NCBI GenBank assembly: GCA_018303325.1
Contig: JAGVYH010000067.1
Span: forward strand, 4,167 to 68,166
Length of the DNA stretch: 64,000 nt
Direction: 5' to 3'
Source: Candidatus Woesearchaeota archaeon
GTDB taxonomy: Archaea; Nanobdellota; Nanobdellia; Woesearchaeales; DSVV01
The position numbers and the translations under genes were made by a program. Of this stretch, positions 52,552 through 61,025 are shown in pieces (the stretch's first letter is position 1; each line of letters opens with the position of its first letter). The notes below the pieces were generated by a model. That model was not told the DNA's origin and searched no databases. It was given only the letters and a program-made list of their open reading frames with translations.

Positions 52552-52812
52552 ATGGCAATATCAGATCCATTAGAAGTTGTGATTTTAGCGATTATTGTTG
52601 GTACTTTAGCAGCAATAGTATACAGCTTAAGAGTTCTAGTCATTATGGAAAGAAGAGTAGCTAGAATGGACCTCAATATAGAAAGAATCACACGAAAGAT
52701 TGCTCGAGAAGAAATGAAGATTGAGGAAGAAGAAGCAAAACTATTGTCTGAACAGAGGGTAATAGAAAGAAAGTTGGGTATTAAACCAAAAACAGGCAAA
52801 AAGAAGCGGTAA
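52552..52812 (+). CDS. Small single-TM protein with a charged coiled-coil tail, hypothetical
   Basis: VVILAIIVGTLAAIVYSL TM helix. RBS-like AAGGTGA upstream. Confidence 0.5.
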   Translation: MAISDPLEVVILAIIVGTLAAIVYSLRVLVIMERRVARMDLNIERITRKIAREEMKIEEEEAKLLSEQRVIERKLGIKPKTGKKKR

Positions 52813-52852
52813 TTTATTTTTCTCTTTTTGTTTTTTAAGTTTTTTATTCAAA

Positions 52853-52896
52853 AAAAATGGGTTATAAACCCCACAGCTCTGCTGTGACCCATTTTT
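52853..52896 (+). terminator. Hairpin plus T-tract downstream of the 52552 gene (family E hairpin, CACAGC-TCT-GCTGTG apex)
   Basis: AAAAATGGGTtataaacccCACAGCtctGCTGTGACCCATTTTT. The covarying homolog at 30864..30899 has CGCAGC/GCTGCG. Confidence 0.45.
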
Positions 52897-52991
52897 AAGA
52901 GTAAACCTCCCATCTGAAGCGTTGGCAAAATAAAGCCCGCACTTTGACGTTTGTATTTTTATTCTCAGGAAAGGGGAGATAAACAGAAAGA

Positions 52992-53864
52992 TTAAATTTC
53001 CTTTGAAATCAAGCCAGCTAAATCTATTTTATTTGTTATATGTGGTATAGAATTTGTTGTAATAATCGAATCCGCGCCGGCTTTTTTCAATTTTTTGTAA
53101 GCGTTCTCTACAAACAATCCATGAACACCGATACAAGTGATAGAAATAGGTTTATATTTTTTGACATGTTTTACTGCTTCAATCATTGTGTGTGCTGTGC
53201 TGATTATATCATCAACAATTACCACTTCTTTGCTTTTAATTGAGATATTATTTTTTAACAAAACTTTAACTTTTCTTGAAGAAAACCTTGTTTTTTTGCA
53301 GACAGTAACCTCTGCTCCTGCAATTTTTGCAATTGCTTCTGCCCATTGGTAAGATTCTTCGTCAGGGCCGATAATTATTGGATTGGTATAATCCTTTTTT
53401 ATATATTCACCAATTAAAATGTTTGCTGTTAACACTTTAGTTTTTAGCCTGTAAATTATTCCTAATGATTTATATCTGTGCAAATGCGGGTCAACAGTGA
53501 TTAATTTTGAGAAGAAAGGAGAAATTATTTTTGCAATGGTTTTTGAAGAAATACTTTCACCAGTATGAAACCGCTTATCCTGTCTTAAATAACACAGGTA
53601 CGGCGCAACAAGAATCATTTGTTTCGCTCCGAGATCTTTTGCTGTGTCGGCTGTTAAACATATATCTAATATCTTTTCGTCAGGAATATACAAACTATCA
53701 ACAATAATCACTTGTTTGTTTTTCACGTCTGCATTAAGTTGGATAAGTTTTTCTTTGTCTGGAAACGCTTTTATTTTAACCAGAGAAAATTCACAATTTA
53801 ACTTTTTAGCGAGGTTTCTTCCAAGCTTTTGCGAATATAAAAAAGATAAAACTATTTTTTTCAT
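52992..53864 (-). CDS. prs: Ribose-phosphate pyrophosphokinase (PRPP synthetase). Start at the internal MKKIV; the ORF extends to 53921.
   Basis: PRPP-binding loop VVIVDDIISTAHTM. N-terminal KLIQLNADVKNKQVIIV. Confidence 0.8.
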   Translation of the reverse strand: MKKIVLSFLYSQKLGRNLAKKLNCEFSLVKIKAFPDKEKLIQLNADVKNKQVIIVDSLYIPDEKILDICLTADTAKDLGAKQMILVAPYLCYLRQDKRFHTGESISSKTIAKIISPFFSKLITVDPHLHRYKSLGIIYRLKTKVLTANILIGEYIKKDYTNPIIIGPDEESYQWAEAIAKIAGAEVTVCKKTRFSSRKVKVLLKNNISIKSKEVVIVDDIISTAHTMIEAVKHVKKYKPISITCIGVHGLFVENAYKKLKKAGADSIITTNSIPHITNKIDLAGLISKEI

Positions 53865-53893
53865 GTTATTCATTTCATTAATTAAGGTATTTT

Positions 53894-54202
53894 TAAATGT
53901 TTTGAGTTTGAGTATGCGCATAGCTCTTTTAAGGATTATGCTGCTGTCTCAAATTTGTTTTCTGAGCAGTTTTATTCGTAAGATATCAAGTGACCGAAAA
54001 CTTATAAGATATTCATTATATATAGTAAGTAACCTAAATAATTGTATAGTTCGTGTTACTTACTATATACGTGGACTTTAACTAAATAAATAATAATATT
54101 AAAGTCCACCACTATGCTTGTAGAGAATGAACAATCGTGTTTTCGGCGAAGAAAACTGACAGTAGCATAATCCCAATGAGAGCTATGCGCATACGAGTTT
54201 GA
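53894..54202 (+). mobile_element. MITE (family B, copy B3): 16-bp perfect TIR plus 8-bp TSD, ~290 bp, highly structured interior
   Basis: TIR is GTATGCGCATAGCTCT (53902..53917) pairing with AGAGCTATGCGCATAC (54179..54194). Direct repeat GAGTTTGA flanks it at 53894..53901 and 54195..54202. The interior shares ...TTCGTAAGAT...CCGAAAAC...GTTTTCGG...AACTGACAG with B1 and B2. Confidence 0.75.
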
Positions 54203-54259
54203 ATAGTTTAAAATTATCGCTTCTCTTCTCACTAACATTTTGAATGCGCTTACCACCAT

Positions 54260-54661
54260 TTACCTTATCAATTCCTCAAACAACAACCCTTTCCTTTTCG
54301 CCAATACTACTGACACGGAATATCCATTCTCTGTCTCTTTTATATCTTCCAATGTCAGAAAAAACCATTCTTTCAAATTTATTCTTATACCAATCCATGG
54401 TTCAGCGCCGAATCTTCGGCCAAATTCTTTTAATTCATTAATTTCTTTTTTTTCAAGATAAATATTATCTTCTTTCGAAGATTTACATTCTATTGCCAAT
54501 TTTCTCAATGAATTTCCTGCAAGTACATCAGGTGATGGATATCTTGAGCATCCGCTGCCGGCAGCTCTTATAGCTGACCAAGAATCAGTATTCCAGAAAA
54601 GATGAATCAGTTCACGTTCAGCATTAATACCTTTTGATTTTCTGTTCATTTGCATCACCAC
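54260..54661 (-). CDS. hjc: Holliday junction resolvase Hjc
   Basis: KGINAERELIHLFWNTDSWSAIRAAGSG...LAIECKSSK, the archaeal Hjc PD-(D/E)xK signature. Confidence 0.85.
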   Translation of the reverse strand: MVMQMNRKSKGINAERELIHLFWNTDSWSAIRAAGSGCSRYPSPDVLAGNSLRKLAIECKSSKEDNIYLEKKEINELKEFGRRFGAEPWIGIRINLKEWFFLTLEDIKETENGYSVSVVLAKRKGLLFEELIR

Positions 54662-54869
54662 AACAAATAAGATAAGATTCTTGTGGTCTGCTATAAATTC
54701 TTTTTCTTTTTGAACTTAAATGTTTTAATCATTGCTAATATGAGGCGAATACATAAATTTAACCATAAATTAAGCTTTTTTCCTCTTTTCCAGCCCAAAT
54801 TATTCATAAATTTTATAAATACGTTTAATTTAGTCTCTTTTTAATTAATAATTAATCTTTTAATTAATA

Positions 54870-54966
54870 ATAGAGAGCTTTGAATAACCTCTTTTATTTG
54901 ATTTTCAAAGCGGCTCTATTAAAGGTTTTGAGGATTTTTATAAATTATTCAAAACCTTCAATAATT
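54870..54966 (+). repeat. Repeat family C, copy C4, also carrying the likely histone promoter
   Basis: TAGAGAGCTTTGAATAACC...TTTTCAAAGCGGCTCTATTAAAGGTTTTGAGGATTTTTATAAATTATTCAAAACCTTCAATAATT. TTTTATAAA sits ~45 nt upstream of the histone ATG. SD GAGGTGG. Confidence 0.65.
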
Positions 54967-54977
54967 AATGATTTGAG

Positions 54978-55199
54978 GTGGTAATCATGGCAGGTAAAAG
55001 AATAATTCCTCTTGCTGCAATGGAAAAGATTATTAAACAGGCAGGCGGCGAAAGAGTATCAGATGGCGCAAAAGTAGCATTAAAAACAGTCCTTGAAGAA
55101 ATTGGCGAAGAGATTGCGATGAATGCAGTCAAACTGGCTGCCCATGCAGGAAGAAAAACAATAAAAGCAGGAGATGTTAAGTTAGCATCAAAAAGTTAA
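54978..55199 (+). CDS. Archaeal histone (HMf-like histone fold)
   Basis: MAGKRIIPLAAMEKIIKQAGGERVSDGAKVALKTVLEEIGEEIAMNAVKLAAHAGRKTIKAGDVKLA. Confidence 0.9.
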   Translation: MVIMAGKRIIPLAAMEKIIKQAGGERVSDGAKVALKTVLEEIGEEIAMNAVKLAAHAGRKTIKAGDVKLASKS

Positions 55200-55507
55200 T
55201 TTTTGCTTTTTGTGATTTTTTCAATCTTTTTTCTCGTTTTTAATTACAAACTGGGTATTATACAACAAAATGCTTTGAATTTTGTGTACATTTGAACTAT
55301 GTTCAAATTGTACCCCGCAGCTTGCTGCGACACCCAGTTTGTAATCTTAAAAATGCCGGTCACGAAGTGACAAATTCGTCGTATACAACAAAATGCTTTG
55401 CATTTTGTGTGCATCTGAACTTGTTCAGATTCCACAGCTTGCTGTGGTTGGGTAGTCGAATTTGAGGCATTTTTTTTGATTCAGTTTACTGAATTCAATT
55501 CATCTTT

Positions 55508-55680
55508 CCACAATCAATCTAGTTTTCCGCTCTCAGCTCGTTTGTGGGCGAAGCCACACGTCTCATGAAATATTTTTAAAGTTTTTTTAATAGTTTTATC
55601 GAAAGAGCAATACCGTGTAAATAAACTAAAATATCATCATGAGACGTGGGACTGCGTCCCTAGTACTAAAAAACAAACGA
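55508..55680 (+). repeat. Repeat family A, copy A5 (near-perfect TIR of the dyad box)
   Basis: 5' end CGTTTGTGGGCGAAGCCACACGTCTCATGAAAT. 3' end TCATCATGAGACGTGGGACTGCGTCCCTAGTACTAAAAAACAAACG. The 3' end is the inverted complement of the canonical 5' box. Confidence 0.75.
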
Positions 55681-55701
55681 TAATAAATTATACCAAGAAT
55701 A

Positions 55702-56622
55702 TCAAACTTTTATCTTCATAAAATCAAATGCGCAGACAGATTCAGGAAAAATGTCTTTGGCATTTGTTTCTATCTCTTCCACTGTTTTGTATCTTTGCGA
55801 AAAGTGTGTTAAAATTAATTTCTTTGCATTTGCTTGATGCGCAATCTGCGCTGCTTGTTGCGCGGTCATATGCTTGTAAGCATCAGCCTTTTCTTCCATG
55901 TTTGTTGCATAAACACTTTCCATTATTAAAATATCTGCGTCTCTTGATATTTCAATACAGCTCGGGCACGGTGTTGTGTCGAGAACAAACACAATTTTTT
56001 TACCTTTAACTATTTTGCTAACTTCGTCAGGATGTATTTTTTTACCTTTGAATATGACTTCATCTCCGCTTTGCAGTCTTCCAATATATGGCCCTTCTTT
56101 TAATCCTAATTTGCCTGCTTTGCTCATATCAACCTTTCTTTTATCTTTTTCAATAAATGAATATGCTAATGTTGGCGTGCTGTGTTTTACATTGACAGCT
56201 TCAATAGAATATTCTCTGGTTTCAAAAATCATTTCAGGTGTTTTTGAATTTATTTCTTTTATGTCTAAATCAACCTTATTTTGAAACACGCAGCTGTTTA
56301 ATAAATGCTGCATTCTTTCTTTTGTACCTTCTGGTCCGAATAATCTAATCTTTGTTTTCTCGCCGCTTTCTGCGTTTTTTTCATTGTTGCCGACAGTTTG
56401 TATTAATCCTATTAAACCAGAAACATGATCGCCATGCCAATGTGTTATAAGAATTGTTCTAACCTTTAACCGATTAATGCCTGCAATGTTCATCTGCCTT
56501 TGTGTTCCTTCGCCGCAATCAATAAGAATACCTTCGCCTTTATAATCTAAATAAATGCCAGTAACGTTCCTATCTTTTGTTGGAACCATTGCGCTTGTGC
56601 CCAAAAATGTTATTTCAGTCAT
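55702..56622 (-). CDS. rnz: Ribonuclease Z (tRNA 3' endonuclease, MBL fold)
   Basis: HxHxDH motif ILITHWHGDHVSGLIGL. Short-form RNase Z length. Confidence 0.85.
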   Translation of the reverse strand: MTEITFLGTSAMVPTKDRNVTGIYLDYKGEGILIDCGEGTQRQMNIAGINRLKVRTILITHWHGDHVSGLIGLIQTVGNNEKNAESGEKTKIRLFGPEGTKERMQHLLNSCVFQNKVDLDIKEINSKTPEMIFETREYSIEAVNVKHSTPTLAYSFIEKDKRKVDMSKAGKLGLKEGPYIGRLQSGDEVIFKGKKIHPDEVSKIVKGKKIVFVLDTTPCPSCIEISRDADILIMESVYATNMEEKADAYKHMTAQQAAQIAHQANAKKLILTHFSQRYKTVEEIETNAKDIFPESVCAFDFMKIKV

Positions 56623-56684
56623 ATATTAAAGATAAGAAAGGTTATATATAAAGTTTTCATCATCTTTTTGGTGGGTTATTATTG

Positions 56685-56900
56685 TTCTCATCATGGTTTC
56701 TGCTCAAAACTTGTTTGTGGACAAAGTCACACATCACATGAATAAAAATGTAAGAAGGTTTGAAGGTCAGATTGTTTGATGGTAACGACTGATTTCCGTC
56801 GTTCCATTCGTAGTACCTTCAGACCATCAAACCATCTAACCTTCTTACCTTTCTTCGTGAACTAGTTGGACATGCCAGGAACGACTAAAAACAAAAAAAA
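56685..56900 (+). repeat. Repeat family A, copy A6 (same central hairpin as A1)
   Basis: CTGCTCAAAACTTGTTTGTGGACAAAGTCACACATCACATGAATAAAAATGTAAGAAGGTTTGAAGGTCAG...GTGAACTAGTTGGACATGCCAGGAACGACTAAAAAC. Confidence 0.75.
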
Positions 56901-56990
56901 TTAATTATATAATATTATCTTTCACAAAGTGCCTCTTTCACAAAAACTCGACAAAAACTTTATAAGCAAAACATAGTTTTATACTTACTT

Positions 56991-57521
56991 ATGGCAAAGA
57001 CAATAGTAACTGGAACCATTGTTGGTGAAAGAATTATCACAGAAGACAGTGATGAAGCCAGAGAATTTTATAATCAAAGCAGATATGGCGCTATTGTCAA
57101 TAATAAAGTAGAGTTAAGTCTGCTGGAAGCATTATATTTAATGGAAAAAGAGCGTCTAGAAATAAAAACAGAGAACGGAAAAAAAGTTAATTCAGAACAG
57201 TTCATTAAAAAAGCGAAAAAAACAGACCCTAATTTTTGGATAAGATATTGTGTCTTTAAAGATATAAGAAACAGGGGATACATAATAAAGACTGCGTTAA
57301 AATTCGGCGCAGATTTCAGGGTATATGACAGAGGCATTAAGCCAGGAGAAGACCATGCAAAATGGGTTGTGTTTCCAGTGCATGAGGCATACGCACTAAC
57401 ATGGCATGATTTTGCTGCAAAGAACAGGGTCGCGCACAGCACCAAGAAAAGATTATTGCTGGCAGTTGTCGATGAAGAAGGAGATATTTCTTACTGGGAA
57501 TCGCGATGGATACGGCCGTAG
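56991..57521 (+). CDS. endA: tRNA-splicing endonuclease EndA
   Basis: Catalytic C-terminal domain: YIIKTALKFGADFRVYD...HAKWVVFPVHEAYALTWHDFAAKNRVAHSTKKRLLLAVVD. Confidence 0.85.
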   Translation: MAKTIVTGTIVGERIITEDSDEAREFYNQSRYGAIVNNKVELSLLEALYLMEKERLEIKTENGKKVNSEQFIKKAKKTDPNFWIRYCVFKDIRNRGYIIKTALKFGADFRVYDRGIKPGEDHAKWVVFPVHEAYALTWHDFAAKNRVAHSTKKRLLLAVVDEEGDISYWESRWIRP

Positions 57522-57563
57522 ATTAATATAAATTAACTATAACTTAATTATATTATTAATCAT

Positions 57564-60500
57564 TCATATATCTTCTAAACTTTCTTCTATTCTAATTTCT
57601 TGAATTTTTTCTTGTTGTAATAGCTTTAACGAATAATTTCTGCTTGCTTGTTCAAATGTTTCAGTTACGTATGATGGTAAAAGCAGCGAAATGTGATCTT
57701 CTCGTATAAATCTTCTTTTTTGACTTCCTTTCTTGTCTATCTCCATCCAAACCACTAAAGAATCAATATCATGCCTATTTTTTTTACCTGCGCACCCATT
57801 TATAATACGGTGATACCTTGCAATTAATTCCATCCTGTCTAATCTTCTTTTATACTGTCTTAATCTAAATATTTCTTCAACTTCCGTTATACTAAAATAT
57901 CTTTTTCCATCGAACGCAACAAATTCTAACCTTCCTTTTTCGTCTTCAACAATTCTTTCAAGATTGGTTGTATTCATCCTTCTTTTTAAGTCTTCAATTA
58001 TCATATCTGTTTTTTTCGTATCGGTAAGTGGTTTAGGAGATTGTTCTTTCTTTGAATCCTCACTTGGCTTGTTACGACGTTCTGAATACAATGGTTGTGT
58101 TTTAGTTATAAATCTGTACACTTTTTCTATTGGAATCGGTTTAAACGAATAACCTCTCGCAACATCTTCAAATGGTTTATCTGCAATTCCTTTAAAAATA
58201 TCATCTATGCTTTCTTCCTTAATAAACCACCTTGCTCCCTTATACCTGCATTTTTGCACACCTTTCCCAACATATACTTTAAATGCCTTGCGTGTTGGTG
58301 CATTTCCCCCTTCACGAATTCTTCCCCACACTTTTTTTGCATATTTTAATTTGTCTTTGGGCCAGTTATAAACATCATATACTGCGGTCATTACAAAATA
58401 TCTTTCTCCATCTACTGCTAAAAATTCAAGCGTGCCTTTTTCACTTCTAACCTTTCTTTCTAAACCATCATAATTTAACCTCTCAAGATCAACATTTTCA
58501 TTATATGACCTTAATGTTTCAATTATTTCTTTAACATCAACCAATTCCTTTCTTCTTGAAGGATGTTGTAATTTTCTCAATGCCTCTGCTTCTATTTGCC
58601 TTATTCTTTCTCTGGTGACAGCAAAATCCTGCCCAACTTCTTCTAATGTATGATCATCCTCTTCACCTATTCCAAATCTCATTCTTAACACTTTTTCTTC
58701 TCGTGGGTGTAATGTTGCAAGAACTCTTGTTAGTTTCTCATGAAGATTTTTATCGCTTACAACCACATCAGGTTTTGGTGCTGTTTTATCTTCAATAAAA
58801 TCACCAAGCTCGTCTTTTCCATCTTCATTAATCTTTGTTTGCAACGAAATTGGCTCTTTTGCTACTTTTTGAATCTTCTTAACTTTCTCAACAGAAATTT
58901 CCATTTTTGCTGCAATCTCTTCTGAATTTGGTTCTCTTCCCAACTCCTGAACAAGATACCTTGTGGTTTTTACTAACTTATTTATTATTTCGATCATATG
59001 CACAGGAATTCTTATTGTCTTTCCCTGGTCAGCTATTGCTCTTGTAATTGCCTGCCTTATCCACCATGTCGCGTATGTTGAAAATTTATACCCTCGTTCC
59101 CATTCATACTTTTCAACTGATTTCATTAACCCAATATTACCTTCTTGCACCAAATCTAAGAATTGTAACCCTCTGTTTGTATATCTCTTTGCGATGGAAA
59201 CAACTAATCTTAAGTTTGCAGTCGTCAAATCTTCTTTAGTTTTTTCATACCTCCTTCTTTCTCTTTCTATCGCAGAGACCCGTGCGCCAATATCCAAAGC
59301 TGCTATTCCTGTTTCTTCTTCGTATTTTTCGATTCTTGTGCAACTTTCATTATATTCGCTATTATCTCTTGTTACCTTTCTTCCTTCATGCGTTTCTTTA
59401 TACCTTTCTTCATATTTCTCTTTCTGCTTCACTGTGTTTGAATAATCTCTAACATATTTAAGAACCTCTTCCTCAAATTGCTGACGCCAATTATAATATA
59501 TTTTTCTCACAGATGCAAAAAATAAGATATCCTTTTGACTAATATCTTCGAATGAGGTATAAACTGTGAACCTATCATCTGGCGCATTTTCCTCTTTTTT
59601 TACTCCCTTCTTATCCTTTTCCTCTTTAAACCTAGAATAAATATCTGCAAATAACTTGAAAATAGCAGATTTATTGTTTAATGCATCTTTATCTTCCCCT
59701 ATATCTTCAGTCTCTTCAATATCTTCATCCTCGTCAATTCTGTGGGGTGAATAAACAGCACATGGTCGTATTTCACCATCATTTATTTTCTTTTCAGCTT
59801 CTTTTAATTTATTGAGAGAGTAATTTAATCCATACAATAATTTAGCATAATTTAACAAGTACATATCTCTTTTCTTTCCAAGTTCTATCTCTTTATCGCG
59901 GGTTAATAAATCAATATCCCCCATCTGCCTAAAATATGTCCTCACCATATCTTTTCCAGCGCCTTTTTCTAAGTCAGCATCCTTTTTTGTTATTCCCTCT
60001 TCGCTTCTTTCTTCTCTTTCTGGTTCTATATGTTCTTCACTTGCAAACTCTTGCTCATCTTCAGGTAGAGTTTTATCTATTCGTGATTCCAAAAATTTCA
60101 CATATTTTTCGATTTTTCTTTCTTTTGCAGACAATGCACGAGCATCTTGTTCTGCTTTACTTACAACCTCTCCTTTTTTTTCTTTAGCATCTTGTTTTCT
60201 TAAAGGAAGAATATGCACAGTAGCGCCTTTTGTTGTCGTGTCTGCTTTTTCTTGTCTGTGTTGTTCTGCTCTTTCAACACTTTCACAATACGCTTTAAAT
60301 AAATCATCTAATAATTCTTTGCTTGCATTAAAAGATGTTTTGTATAATGATGTATTAATGGCATTAAGCGCCCCAAGAACTTGTTTATAATCTAAAAAAG
60401 CACCTTCGCCAAATATTTTCAGCATTAGCCAATTTTTCTCAACCCAGACATAAGAGGGGTCGTCTCCTTTCCATTCACTTTCAACTTTTGCTATAAACTC

Positions 60501-60893
60501 TTTAAAATATTCCCTCAAACTAATCATAGCAATGCTTAAATCTTTGTTTCTGTCATTTCCAACTTTACATGCCTTAAAATATACTTGTTTAGAAATTAAT
60601 TCCTTTTCCCCGCCGACAACACCAAAACTTTTAACAATATCATCTATGCTGAAAAACCCAAACTCTCCAACTTTTTCTTTTTCAATTGCCTGTCCAAGTT
60701 TCATTCCCTGTGTACTGTAAAGTGTTTTAAACAAACCAGGATATACTGCATTAACAATATCTATATCATCAAAACTAATGCTATGGAGAGCAGGAATTCT
60801 TTGATAGAAAACATAATCTTGTTTCAGCTTTTCAGCTGTTAACGACAGAGACCTATCTTTACTTTTCAAAAAGTATGAGATTACGTCGCCCAT
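57564..60893 (-). CDS. 1109-aa multidomain protein containing a complete bacterial-type primary sigma-70 (RpoD-like regions 1.2, 2, 3, 4; approx. nt 58550..59950), plus unique N- and C-terminal extensions with a repeated motif
   Basis: Seen in translation: [27 protein letters not shown] (region 1.2). [82 protein letters not shown] (region 2). [14 protein letters not shown]...[27 protein letters not shown] (region 3). [48 protein letters not shown] (region 4). These match E. coli RpoD nearly residue-for-residue in the conserved blocks. The C-terminal extension has two copies of LEF(L/V)A(V/F)DG(E/K)RYF. Confidence 0.8.
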   Translation of the reverse strand: MGDVISYFLKSKDRSLSLTAEKLKQDYVFYQRIPALHSISFDDIDIVNAVYPGLFKTLYSTQGMKLGQAIEKEKVGEFGFFSIDDIVKSFGVVGGEKELISKQVYFKACKVGNDRNKDLSIAMISLREYFKEFIAKVESEWKGDDPSYVWVEKNWLMLKIFGEGAFLDYKQVLGALNAINTSLYKTSFNASKELLDDLFKAYCESVERAEQHRQEKADTTTKGATVHILPLRKQDAKEKKGEVVSKAEQDARALSAKERKIEKYVKFLESRIDKTLPEDEQEFASEEHIEPEREERSEEGITKKDADLEKGAGKDMVRTYFRQMGDIDLLTRDKEIELGKKRDMYLLNYAKLLYGLNYSLNKLKEAEKKINDGEIRPCAVYSPHRIDEDEDIEETEDIGEDKDALNNKSAIFKLFADIYSRFKEEKDKKGVKKEENAPDDRFTVYTSFEDISQKDILFFASVRKIYYNWRQQFEEEVLKYVRDYSNTVKQKEKYEERYKETHEGRKVTRDNSEYNESCTRIEKYEEETGIAALDIGARVSAIERERRRYEKTKEDLTTANLRLVVSIAKRYTNRGLQFLDLVQEGNIGLMKSVEKYEWERGYKFSTYATWWIRQAITRAIADQGKTIRIPVHMIEIINKLVKTTRYLVQELGREPNSEEIAAKMEISVEKVKKIQKVAKEPISLQTKINEDGKDELGDFIEDKTAPKPDVVVSDKNLHEKLTRVLATLHPREEKVLRMRFGIGEEDDHTLEEVGQDFAVTRERIRQIEAEALRKLQHPSRRKELVDVKEIIETLRSYNENVDLERLNYDGLERKVRSEKGTLEFLAVDGERYFVMTAVYDVYNWPKDKLKYAKKVWGRIREGGNAPTRKAFKVYVGKGVQKCRYKGARWFIKEESIDDIFKGIADKPFEDVARGYSFKPIPIEKVYRFITKTQPLYSERRNKPSEDSKKEQSPKPLTDTKKTDMIIEDLKRRMNTTNLERIVEDEKGRLEFVAFDGKRYFSITEVEEIFRLRQYKRRLDRMELIARYHRIINGCAGKKNRHDIDSLVVWMEIDKKGSQKRRFIREDHISLLLPSYVTETFEQASRNYSLKLLQQEKIQEIRIEESLEDI

Positions 60894-61025
60894 GGTAAAA
60901 TAATGCTTATAATAAGTTTATAAATCTACCTAATTTTACCCCGCACATTTTGGCGATTGGGTAATTCATTTGATTGTATTTTTGAAATGGATTCAAGAAT
61001 ACAATTTTTAGGTTTAATACCATAC

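Noticed and set aside
57564-60893. The sigma-70 ORF as bacterial contamination or assembly chimera
   Set aside because: Tentatively rejected. Codon usage and AT content match the host, archaeal genes (EndA, RNase Z) lie within 1 kb, and the same A and B repeat families occur on both sides and throughout the archaeal part of the window. It cannot be fully excluded without read-level data.
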